From: a virus
Lineage: Duplodnaviria; Caudoviricetes
DNA: 64,000 nt
Reading direction: 5' to 3' (one strand)
Virus record (IMG/VR): IMGVR_UViG_3300022555_000032
Location: 1-64,000 of that record
Notes under the pieces: generated by a model
The model's database searches: none
What the model was told of the DNA's origin: nothing
What the model saw: only the letters and a program-made list of their open reading frames with translations
Shown here: positions 47,451-56,241 of the stretch, piece after piece
Layout: every line of letters starts with the position of its first letter
Position numbering within the stretch: the first letter of the stretch is position 1
Position numbers and translations under genes: made by a program

Positions 47451-47467
47451 TTACTCACTACCTCGTC

Positions 47468-47821
47468 ATGCAAAACCAAGAACCTATAGCCAAGACTGAT
47501 AAGAGATTCAGATTAGAAAGGTTTCACTCTCACTTGCTTATTCCATGGAAGATAGCTCAACAAGCGGTTAAAGAAAACGATAGCGAACCTATCTTGCTCT
47601 GGATCGATGCCTATCAGACCGGATATCATTTTAAGGAAGGAGACGAAGTTGCTCATAAGGAATATCCTATTCAGAAGATGTTCGTCCAAAAGATCTTGGT
47701 ATCAAATATAACTCGCAAGGACAACACTAAACTTGTTAAGATGATAGGGATCCTTTGCCATTGGTTCGAATCTTGTCCATGCATTGATGATGTTAAATAT
47801 CAATCAAGTGAAAAAGAATAA
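47468..47821 (+). CDS. Hypothetical protein, DUF2158/YodC-like C-terminus
   Basis: FKEGDEV..K....KMFV..I....CHWF. Confidence 0.45.
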   Translation: MQNQEPIAKTDKRFRLERFHSHLLIPWKIAQQAVKENDSEPILLWIDAYQTGYHFKEGDEVAHKEYPIQKMFVQKILVSNITRKDNTKLVKMIGILCHWFESCPCIDDVKYQSSEKE

Positions 47822-47978
47822 GATTTATACACAGCTTTCAAAAGAACATATCTCTAAGATCAATGTTATCATATGTGGCACTCTGTATATCATGCCAGTA
47901 GTGTTAATCGAATCAACCAGAGGTACCGAAATCATTCCAATCAATTAACTAATCTTAAACCTATTAAAAACAGATTCT

Positions 47979-48968
47979 ATGCAAAGAGAAATTAGTAAAC
48001 AAGAGGTGATCTTCATGTTAGACAGATTATCACAAGTTAAAGAAGTTGAGAGCACTCAGTTCAACTATGCCGTTAATAGGAGTATTGATTTCATTTCTCC
48101 TATAGTAACCAGGATGAAAAAGTCTCTTAATTATACTCCTGAGATGCAGAAGTATACCGAAGACAAAGGCAAGATCGTTGCCAAGTACTTCAAAGAGAAA
48201 GATCATGTCCTGACAGACGAAGAGCAGATTCAACTCAGAGAAGAGATTGAAGAATACGCAAAGAATAATGAAGACGTATATCGTGGCCGGATCAGACAGG
48301 TCAACAGTTATCATCAACAGTTAAGAGAGAAGATCGATATTACCTTCCATGGTCTTCCTTTTTCTTCTACACATATCCCAGAGAACATTTCCATTGCCAA
48401 TCTTTTCAATGCAGCTTATATCCTTGACTGGAAAACATGGATGAAAACAATCCGTCCTGATGCTCCTATACAGGTGGAACCAGCTACATGCATGAATGTC
48501 TTTAAGATCATTCCGGTACTTATCAATGTGTTTGTTTCCAATCCTGAACAACAGCATGTGTTCAATATTAAAATGGCCTATAACCTCTTCTCCATGTACC
48601 AGGAGATGGTTAAGATCATCATCTCTCCCGAGTATACTAAATGGATGGCAGAATACGATTCGAAAAGAGTTGAACTATCTGAAAGGTTTGCAGCAAAGGA
48701 TATCTACGGTGATCCACAGATGGACAAGAACGAGTTTGTCATTGAGGACCAGGCCGGATTTAACGAGGCTATAAGCGCTCTTTCCGAAGAAGTAAAGGAG
48801 ACTATCGATGCAAAGAATAAGTTGCTGGAAACGCCTATAAACATCAATGTCTATCAATTTAGTCTTGACATGTTTCCGAACAATCTTACAACGGAAGTCA
48901 TGGCTGAACTTACACGATTCATAAAGTTTGAAGAAGAAGAGACTCCAGTAGGACCAGGTAACGAGTAA
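47979..48968 (+). CDS. Tandem two-domain helical protein (DUF1617-like repeats)
   Basis: Both halves show YA/MA.N...K..Y......K....E..I.I...L....P.N. Confidence 0.4.
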   Translation: MQREISKQEVIFMLDRLSQVKEVESTQFNYAVNRSIDFISPIVTRMKKSLNYTPEMQKYTEDKGKIVAKYFKEKDHVLTDEEQIQLREEIEEYAKNNEDVYRGRIRQVNSYHQQLREKIDITFHGLPFSSTHIPENISIANLFNAAYILDWKTWMKTIRPDAPIQVEPATCMNVFKIIPVLINVFVSNPEQQHVFNIKMAYNLFSMYQEMVKIIISPEYTKWMAEYDSKRVELSERFAAKDIYGDPQMDKNEFVIEDQAGFNEAISALSEEVKETIDAKNKLLETPININVYQFSLDMFPNNLTTEVMAELTRFIKFEEEETPVGPGNE

Positions 48969-48994
48969 TTAATAATAATCTAAAATTAACGAAA

Positions 48995-49585
48995 ATGAAA
49001 AAGTATCTTTTTATCTTAATCGGTTTATTCATCACCCTTGCTTCCTTTAGCCAGGGATCAGGTTCGCTTGGAGATCCACATCGAAGAACATCAAGGGTTA
49101 GTACAGATCCAATAGAAGGAACTACACTTACACTAACCGGAACTGCAGTAATAGGATCTACAATAACATTTCCTACACCTTTTATCCTTGGCGCTACAGC
49201 AGTAACAACTACCGGAACTAAATTCAACTATCTTACATCGGCAACTGGAACTACCGGAACTGCAACAACTAATATCGTATTCTCAACAAGTCCAACCATT
49301 ACAACTCCTACATTTATAACTAATCTAACCTTACCTAATACTAAGACCATTACTAAAACAACTGGCAATGGAAATAGCTCTACAATAGATGGATCTTTAG
49401 CAGTAGGAGATACTATAACTGGCAATTCTATAAAAACAAATGCCAAACTAAGATTTGCAGCTATTACAGATACGACCATTAAAAGTATTGGACTATCGGT
49501 TATAGGTACAGTATTATATTTCTGTAATGGAACCTATTATTATCCTGTAGTATTTTCAAAAAATGGTGCAACATTTACACGATAA
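48995..49585 (+). CDS. Signal-peptide-bearing Thr-rich fibre-like protein
   Basis: MKKYLFILIGLFITLASFS-Q; fibre-type GTATTNIVFSTSPTITTP. Confidence 0.6.
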   Translation: MKKYLFILIGLFITLASFSQGSGSLGDPHRRTSRVSTDPIEGTTLTLTGTAVIGSTITFPTPFILGATAVTTTGTKFNYLTSATGTTGTATTNIVFSTSPTITTPTFITNLTLPNTKTITKTTGNGNSSTIDGSLAVGDTITGNSIKTNAKLRFAAITDTTIKSIGLSVIGTVLYFCNGTYYYPVVFSKNGATFTR

Positions 49586-49588
49586 ACT

Positions 49589-50083
49589 ATGAAAAAGATA
49601 CTTTTAATTTTCGTCTTGACAACGATCTCCCTTCTGACTTTTGCTCAGAGGGGAGTATTCGTTACTAATCTCCCAGAGATAGGATCATCTACTGTTAACT
49701 ACGATAGTCTTCGTAATGCTATCAATAGAACAAATACATTAGTAACTATTCTTAGTATCAAGATGGATAGTCTTAAGGCTGCACAGAATAGAACTACTGC
49801 CTGGTCTACACTACTTGAAAAGAAAGTTGATACCACCTATAGGCTTCAATTTGGACTTAATGGAGGTGTCTTTGTAAATGATGCTAATGTTCATAATGGA
49901 CAGTTTAATGGAATACAAGTTATCGCAGATGCTATATTAGCAACTGTAACTGCTGATCTTGCAAGTCCATTAACTGGAACTATAACTGGCATAACTCTTC
50001 CTGCAGGTATGTGGATACCTATTCAATGCACGACAGTAACATTAACAAGTGGCAAGGTATATCTCCCATTAAGAATTAAGTAA
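49589..50083 (+). CDS. Signal-peptide-bearing small virion-accessory-like protein
   Basis: MKKILLIFVLTTISLLTFA-Q; C-terminal GITLPAGMWIP..TTVTLTSGKVY beta domain. Confidence 0.6.
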   Translation: MKKILLIFVLTTISLLTFAQRGVFVTNLPEIGSSTVNYDSLRNAINRTNTLVTILSIKMDSLKAAQNRTTAWSTLLEKKVDTTYRLQFGLNGGVFVNDANVHNGQFNGIQVIADAILATVTADLASPLTGTITGITLPAGMWIPIQCTTVTLTSGKVYLPLRIK

Positions 50084-52680
50084 TGAAAAGGATCATTCTT
50101 TTACTGCTCATAATTTCTCCTATTTGGTCCTTTGCTCAGTTAGGATTGGGGATAGGGATAGGTCGGGGATCATCTTCAACACCTATTTCTAATCCTATCC
50201 AATACTTTGACGGAACAATCGCTAAATCCGGCAACCTTTACTATTTAAAGGATAAAATAGGTACAAGAGATGCACTATTAATGGATGCTCCTTGTCTTAA
50301 TATTCCGGCTTCATCAACCTATTATGCGGATTTAGGTAATACTGTCTATCCTACCAATACAAATGATTTCTTGATTGTGGCAAATGATTCAGTAACATTT
50401 GAATACGAGTTCATTTTACCTATCACTAATCCCAATGTTTATCAGGCTATGTATAATAATGGAGGTACGGCTAATGGAGACAAGGGCATAAGGATAAGGA
50501 TGGGGGATGATAGACATATAACAATAGGAATAAGTGATGGCGTTGTAAAACAAGAAATAAGGTGCGCAACTGTCAATACTGCCGGATATAATAAGGTTTC
50601 CATAACATTAGGACTTGTTGGTAAGACCTGTACATTTGTTGTTAATGGAACAACAACAAAACAGAATATAACGTCAAATGCTAATATTCCCGCAAATACA
50701 GCAATAAAATTATTTTACTATGGTTCAGGATCAACATATTCATTGATAAGTAGTTTCATACGATTCAAATTTTATAGAAATAATGTTGCTCTACATGAGT
50801 GGTATTTTAATGACGGAATGAAAACTATTTTGGAGTACAACGAGCATTATGTTATTCCTGATTTAATTGGAACATTTAATTTATATTTACGTAAGCCAAC
50901 TACTTCAACTTTCGGAGGATCACCCTTTACAGCAGTTCAAAACTCTGACTTTTATTTACAAGAACAAGGATATACAGTATATTCAAGGGTTCAGAATCCT
51001 GATGAAATATACATCTGCCCAAAAAGAAGGGATGCAACTGTTACTACACAGATTGGCGTTGGATATTCACGTTTTGTTTCTACGCAATCAATATCATCAA
51101 CTGAATTTGGTTATCATGCTTGGAAAACAATAGACTTTAATCCAGCAGATAGTGTAAGTTCATTTTATGATTATTGGGATACTTCTAACTCATTATTTTG
51201 GACTGCTGCTGCCCGTAGTGATGGTAATTATCATGGAGGTACGGCAGGTAATAAATGGCAAGTTGATAGATCGTGGCTCAATAAAACAACTTTAGATGCC
51301 TATACTGTTAAGGGGAATATTCATGCAAAAAGATCATTCCTTAATTTTAACGATGTTTCTTTGACTTATTGTACCAAGTTAACAAGCATCAGAACTTATT
51401 CATCTAATTATACAAGACCTGTTGTAGATGAATATTTAACAACAAGAAAGAATAATCTATATTTTACCCGACCCCTTATGGCAGGGGGAACTCCGGGATA
51501 TTTGGTTGCGGTAAAAGATAATAAATATCTATGCCTTGCTGGAAATAATCTATATTATTCTTCTGATTATGGGGTGACATACGGATCTCCGGTTAATATT
51601 TCAACAACTACTGGGATAACACTTTTACAAAAGGATAGGTATTTTATAACCCCCACTGGAACTATTCTGTTTGTTCCAGATGGTAATAAAAAGGTATTTC
51701 GCTCAACTGATAATAATATAAATTGGACTGAATCCACTTATCAATTATATTATAGAGGAACAGATACCATTTTTAAACATCGGACTAATCCAGCATATCC
51801 GGGAACATTTTTCAGACCAATGGACGGATTTTATATTAATCCGGCAAGTGGTTCTAATCCTCAAATTATACTGATTGGTAATTATGGTTGTTCTGTCACT
51901 GGGGCTGCTCCAGCAATAGTATGGTACTCAATAGATGATGGTGCATCTTGGAAGGTTGCTTATGCCTTTGGTCAAGCACTTCAATATAGAGATGATGGTA
52001 CAGCAGAAGGAGGTGTTACAGGAACATTATTAGGAGATGCAACCAATCCAATAACAGTAAGACACATTTATGCAATCAATATGAATCCTTATGATGGCAC
52101 ATTTTGGGTGTTCACAGGAGACGGGGGCTACAAAAATCAATGGATGCGAGGTACTTATAATTATGTTGCAGACACATGGAGTTGGGAGAAAATGAAAGAT
52201 TCATCTAATGATGCTAATGAAGATTTCAGAATCATTCGTGCCACTTTTAAAGATGCAAACACGATGATTATTCCCGAAGATGCGGGAATATTTACATCTG
52301 GTTATGTGATGTATCAGGTTCCTATTTCAACATTAAATCAAACTAATACATGGACGGGGTTAGCTACTCCTTATCATAATAAATCTATCTATTGGCTTAG
52401 ATGTTGGGATAATGGCAAAGTGTTGATAGTATTCGATTATGATGCTTCATATACTGCTAAAATATATTATTCATTAGATTGGGGAACAACATGGAGCAGT
52501 ACAGATAATCCAGTATATGAAAATTACAGAGGACTTACAAGTGCGGGTTATATTCCAACAAAATTAAGATTTGACTTTGTATTTGATTACCCTGATAGCA
52601 AGGGCAAGATGCTTAGTCCATTTCCAGATTATACAGGAAACGGATTGTTTTATTTACATTCTGGAGATATAACTCCTTAG
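50083..52680 (+). CDS. Signal-peptide-bearing LamG-like + Asp-box (BNR) beta-propeller protein, spike/glycosidase-like
   Basis: MKRIILLLLIISPIWSFA-QLGLGIGIG; Asp-boxes SSDYGVTY, STDNNINW, SIDDGASW, SLDWGTTW. Confidence 0.65.
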   Translation: MKRIILLLLIISPIWSFAQLGLGIGIGRGSSSTPISNPIQYFDGTIAKSGNLYYLKDKIGTRDALLMDAPCLNIPASSTYYADLGNTVYPTNTNDFLIVANDSVTFEYEFILPITNPNVYQAMYNNGGTANGDKGIRIRMGDDRHITIGISDGVVKQEIRCATVNTAGYNKVSITLGLVGKTCTFVVNGTTTKQNITSNANIPANTAIKLFYYGSGSTYSLISSFIRFKFYRNNVALHEWYFNDGMKTILEYNEHYVIPDLIGTFNLYLRKPTTSTFGGSPFTAVQNSDFYLQEQGYTVYSRVQNPDEIYICPKRRDATVTTQIGVGYSRFVSTQSISSTEFGYHAWKTIDFNPADSVSSFYDYWDTSNSLFWTAAARSDGNYHGGTAGNKWQVDRSWLNKTTLDAYTVKGNIHAKRSFLNFNDVSLTYCTKLTSIRTYSSNYTRPVVDEYLTTRKNNLYFTRPLMAGGTPGYLVAVKDNKYLCLAGNNLYYSSDYGVTYGSPVNISTTTGITLLQKDRYFITPTGTILFVPDGNKKVFRSTDNNINWTESTYQLYYRGTDTIFKHRTNPAYPGTFFRPMDGFYINPASGSNPQIILIGNYGCSVTGAAPAIVWYSIDDGASWKVAYAFGQALQYRDDGTAEGGVTGTLLGDATNPITVRHIYAINMNPYDGTFWVFTGDGGYKNQWMRGTYNYVADTWSWEKMKDSSNDANEDFRIIRATFKDANTMIIPEDAGIFTSGYVMYQVPISTLNQTNTWTGLATPYHNKSIYWLRCWDNGKVLIVFDYDASYTAKIYYSLDWGTTWSSTDNPVYENYRGLTSAGYIPTKLRFDFVFDYPDSKGKMLSPFPDYTGNGLFYLHSGDITP

Positions 52681-52711
52681 ATAGCGATAAAGAATATTAA
52701 AACAATAAGGA

Positions 52712-53269
52712 ATGTTAAATCTTCAAATAGAAAGATACCGTAATGACCTTCAATCTTCGATAGGCCGTTTAATAATTGACGGTAATCTATTTATTTCAAC
52801 TCTTGAACCACCAGTTGGTAAAGTCAATGATCGTGGCATTCAATCAATATCAGAAGGGACCTATAAACTGGTTCCTTATTTTTCTTATAAGTTTCAATGT
52901 ATTGTTCCTTTGCTTACAACCGATCTTCATAACCTGGATACTCTTAAGGATGATGAAGACATTTCTAAGCATTGTTATGAGATCCATTGGGGCAACTCAC
53001 ATCACGATACCGACAGGTGCATACTATTAGGCAAGCTCGATCATGTTGACTGGATCGTAGATAGTAAATATTGGTTTAAGCAATTCATGTACGGATACTT
53101 CTTAAAAGCTACTACCAGGAAATCAGTAGAGTTACTTAATAAATACTTCGAGAGTTTACAGGGAAAAGAATCAAGTGAGATGTCTAATCTACAGTGGGAA
53201 ACTGTTTCTAATGAAGATTATGCTAGAGAGGACCAAGATGTTATTCTTACTATCATAAATTCATTTTAA
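52712..53269 (+). CDS. DUF5675-family putative endolysin
   Basis: IER....SSIGRL.IDG....TLEPP...I.EGTYKL...EIHWGN..HDT.RCILLG. Confidence 0.75.
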   Translation: MLNLQIERYRNDLQSSIGRLIIDGNLFISTLEPPVGKVNDRGIQSISEGTYKLVPYFSYKFQCIVPLLTTDLHNLDTLKDDEDISKHCYEIHWGNSHHDTDRCILLGKLDHVDWIVDSKYWFKQFMYGYFLKATTRKSVELLNKYFESLQGKESSEMSNLQWETVSNEDYAREDQDVILTIINSF

Positions 53270-53280
53270 CACTTCGCATT

Positions 53281-53550
53281 ATGAAAAAGGCATTAATATG
53301 GTTATCTACTATTGTTTGCGACCAAGCTGGACAGATATCCAGTAAGCGATTAGGATTCTACTGGTGTCTATGGATGCTGTCAAGGGCCGTATCATCACCT
53401 ACGATCAACGAAATTGTTATCTGGGCCATAGTTGGTCTTGCGTTTGGTTTAGCCGGTCTAACGATCCCTGAATGGTTTTCTCAGAAGGGTATCAATGGAA
53501 CCACTACTACAATGAAGGCAAGTTCTACCGAGACTACTACAATTAAGTAA
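53281..53550 (+). CDS. Putative holin
   Basis: D..G.ISSKRL motif, two TM helices, next to endolysin. Confidence 0.65.
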   Translation: MKKALIWLSTIVCDQAGQISSKRLGFYWCLWMLSRAVSSPTINEIVIWAIVGLAFGLAGLTIPEWFSQKGINGTTTTMKASSTETTTIK

Positions 53551-53572
53551 CAATCCTATAAATCCTGCAACT

Positions 53573-54028
53573 ATGACAAAGACTAAGGAAGATTCAATCG
53601 TTAGGGCTATACGATATCTACATTCTACTAAATTTAAGACAGCATTCTTTTGGATTATTGTTTCTACTATTTTTTCGTTACTTGGAACATTAACAGTATT
53701 ATCCATTAAGAATAATGCAAACGGAGAGGCAAGAGAACGAGTACTTGATATTACCTTATCAAAGATTAACGAAATAGATAAGAAGTTAGATAATAAGGCA
53801 GATGCTTCAACTAATTCAGAAGATCATAAAGAGATACTTAATGTTTTAAAAGACTTCCAATGTTCTCTTAATGATGTTAAGTTAGGGGTTAATAAACTTA
53901 ATTGGATACATCATCTTGAGTCAATTTCAAGATATGAGAATAGAGTTTATTGCCAACCTCCATTTCAAATATCAACACCATATAGTTTTAATAATAAAAA
54001 CGAACAATATTTAGAACAAGGACCATGA
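53573..54028 (+). CDS. Membrane protein with coiled coil (lysis accessory)
   Basis: TM AFFWIIVSTIFSLLGTLTVL then coiled coil. Confidence 0.55.
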   Translation: MTKTKEDSIVRAIRYLHSTKFKTAFFWIIVSTIFSLLGTLTVLSIKNNANGEARERVLDITLSKINEIDKKLDNKADASTNSEDHKEILNVLKDFQCSLNDVKLGVNKLNWIHHLESISRYENRVYCQPPFQISTPYSFNNKNEQYLEQGP

Positions 54029-54558
54029 AAAGAAGCGTTATAGGATCGATTATGTTTGTACTGGCACTATGTGTCATTTTTAGTTGTAGGCCCTCTCAGA
54101 AACTTTGTAATAAGTGTTATCCTCCAAAAGAAAGCATAAGAGACTCCATCGATCATTCAGTAGAATGGATAAAGCATGATTCATCAACAACCATTCCAGG
54201 AGACTCAGCCTGGTATAAACTTTGGATCGATTGTCAGAAAGACAAAGATGGTAATTGGAAACCAGTCATTATCAATCAACAAGGACAACAAGGAAAGAAC
54301 ATTGAGATACAAACTGAATACGAGAACAGTATCTTCTATGTTACTGCCAAGATCGATTCGCTAAAAGTATTCTGGTCTTATTGGGATAAATATGTTAAAG
54401 ACTCTCATTTTAAGTATGTAGTCAAAAGTGAACAAGTAGTATACATTCCATGGTATATCAAAGCACTTGCCTTCATAGGAGGGATCGTATTAGGCATTGC
54501 CGTTATCTATTATGCATGGAAGTGTATAAAGTTCTATCTTCTTAAAAAACCATTTTAA
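54025..54558 (+). CDS. Unimolecular-spanin-like lipoprotein
   Basis: Lipobox IFSC, beta-rich periplasmic part, C-terminal TM LAFIGGIVLGIAVIYYAW + basic tail. Confidence 0.65.
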   Translation: MKRSVIGSIMFVLALCVIFSCRPSQKLCNKCYPPKESIRDSIDHSVEWIKHDSSTTIPGDSAWYKLWIDCQKDKDGNWKPVIINQQGQQGKNIEIQTEYENSIFYVTAKIDSLKVFWSYWDKYVKDSHFKYVVKSEQVVYIPWYIKALAFIGGIVLGIAVIYYAWKCIKFYLLKKPF

Positions 54559-54568
54559 TATCAGTATC

Positions 54569-54631
54569 ATGGGAAAATGTGGTGGTGACAAGCCAAAGCC
54601 TAAAGGACCAAAAAAAGGACCTAAAAAGTAA
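54569..54631 (+). CDS. 20-aa basic micropeptide (not in ORF track)
   Basis: MGKCGGDKPKPKGPKKGPKK exactly filling the spanin-TerS gap. Confidence 0.6.
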   Translation: MGKCGGDKPKPKGPKKGPKK

Positions 54632-54636
54632 AGAGA

Positions 54637-55220
54637 TGTTTATTTACTATGATGATAACCAGGGAGTACAAATCCTACCAGAAGCAATGAAGTTTGCTGA
54701 AGTGGACGAATTATATAAATCAGACCGCACCACGAATAAGACATCATGGAAGCGCTGGCTGACGTATATATATTACACTTACAAAAAGGATGGAATACTC
54801 TCTGGTGATCTCATGTCTCAGAAAAGGAAGGAAGTAATCAATCGTTTCTTTCCAGATAGTAACGTAGAGTTCTTCGAAAAGAATCCAAAGGTTACTGCAG
54901 TCATAAAGTTGTTCATCAGAAAGCAATACACGCTCAAGGAGAGGCTTTATGAGAAATGGAAGGAAGATGTTGATGCTTACATTACCTATCTCACTGAGGT
55001 ACCCTATTTCAAAGAGAAACTTATATCTGTACCTGGACAGGATGGACAACCTGATGGACAAACCATTGAGAAGATCCCAAACATAGACGAAAAGAAAAAG
55101 GCTCAACAAGCTATTCAGGATCTTGTTGAAACCGGAAAGAAACTAGAACAAAGTATTCTTCAGGAGAAGAAAGAGAATAAGGGTAATATTGATCCTCTAT
55201 TTGACAACGATGGCAAATAA
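54637..55220 (+). CDS. terS: Putative terminase small subunit (start revised)
   Basis: Position upstream of TerL; crAss-like pattern (..W....TYIYY..K...) with C-terminal coiled coil. Confidence 0.5.
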
Positions 55221-56241
55221 TGGCGCTACTCTTTTACCAAGTTCTACAACACCTAAGATGGTTGGTAATCCTATCTATGATAAGTTCGTAGTTAAGAATA
55301 CTGAGCCAATGGGAACAAGGTTAGAACCTAGTGAAGAAAGAGATTATAGGAAGTGGATGGAGAAGATTGGTCATACCTATGAAAACGGAATGAATGTTTC
55401 TCCTGTAGGTTACAATGGACTTGACTATGATTATCGTGGATATTATAAAGAACATGGTCCGGTTGACATGCAGAAAGGCGAACACTTTACTGATACATAC
55501 AAATATCCAAATCATCCCACCTTCAGTATTGAAAGTAAGTATGTAAATTTTCAAAATATTTCTCAGGCCGGCAGATGGGAAGGAGAACAGTATATTCATG
55601 CCAATGGTTATAACAAGCCAGAGGAAGAACAACCAATCAGTTTAAAGGATACCAGAATTATCAATCCAGTATCAGGACAACCGCTTAAAAGTACTCACAA
55701 TAGATCATTAGACGTAAATCCAACTATGCTTAAGACTCTTGTTAATGTCTCTAAAATAGGTGGAGTTGATCCCTGGCGGTCTTTAGCAACAGCATGGCAA
55801 GAGACTAATTTTGGAAAAGCTGATGGAAACGTAGGACATGTCAATATAGATCCTGGTAAGTTTTCTGATCAATTATCAGTAGATCCTTCAAAACACGAAG
55901 ATGGTTCTCAGTATAACAGTATCATTTCTCTTGTAGATGCTATTAAACAAAAGAATGCGTATGCTAAACAGATTGCATTAAAGAAAAAGTTAGTTCCCGG
56001 GTCTCCTGGTTATTCTGATTTCGAAACGCAGATCTATAATGGAATGTCCAATATAGGAGTCAATACCGAAAAGACTTACCACAATAGAACAGGCAGATCA
56101 ACAAATTCATTCTATGGAGTAGAAGTAAAGAACAAACCGATGAATACCGCTACTCTTCTTCCATATGCCAAGACCATAAATTCACTTATAGGTGAATTAA
56201 AAAAGAATCCAGATATTGTTAAGATAGTTGAAGGAAAATGA
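55210..56241 (+). CDS. Two-domain protein with lysozyme/transglycosylase-like C-terminus
   Basis: DYDYRGYY...KYPNHPTFS.ESKY N-domain; LATAWQETNFG ... YNG. Confidence 0.45.
   Translation: MANNGATLLPSSTTPKMVGNPIYDKFVVKNTEPMGTRLEPSEERDYRKWMEKIGHTYENGMNVSPVGYNGLDYDYRGYYKEHGPVDMQKGEHFTDTYKYPNHPTFSIESKYVNFQNISQAGRWEGEQYIHANGYNKPEEEQPISLKDTRIINPVSGQPLKSTHNRSLDVNPTMLKTLVNVSKIGGVDPWRSLATAWQETNFGKADGNVGHVNIDPGKFSDQLSVDPSKHEDGSQYNSIISLVDAIKQKNAYAKQIALKKKLVPGSPGYSDFETQIYNGMSNIGVNTEKTYHNRTGRSTNSFYGVEVKNKPMNTATLLPYAKTINSLIGELKKNPDIVKIVEGK

Noticed and set aside
47763-47772. GGTTCGAATC tRNA T-loop-like string
   Set aside because: Inside a coding region (WFES); no acceptor, D or anticodon arms. No complete tRNA found in the window
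47808-47948. 46-aa GTG ORF or frameshift extension of the 117-aa gene
   Set aside because: No slippery site or family support; left unannotated
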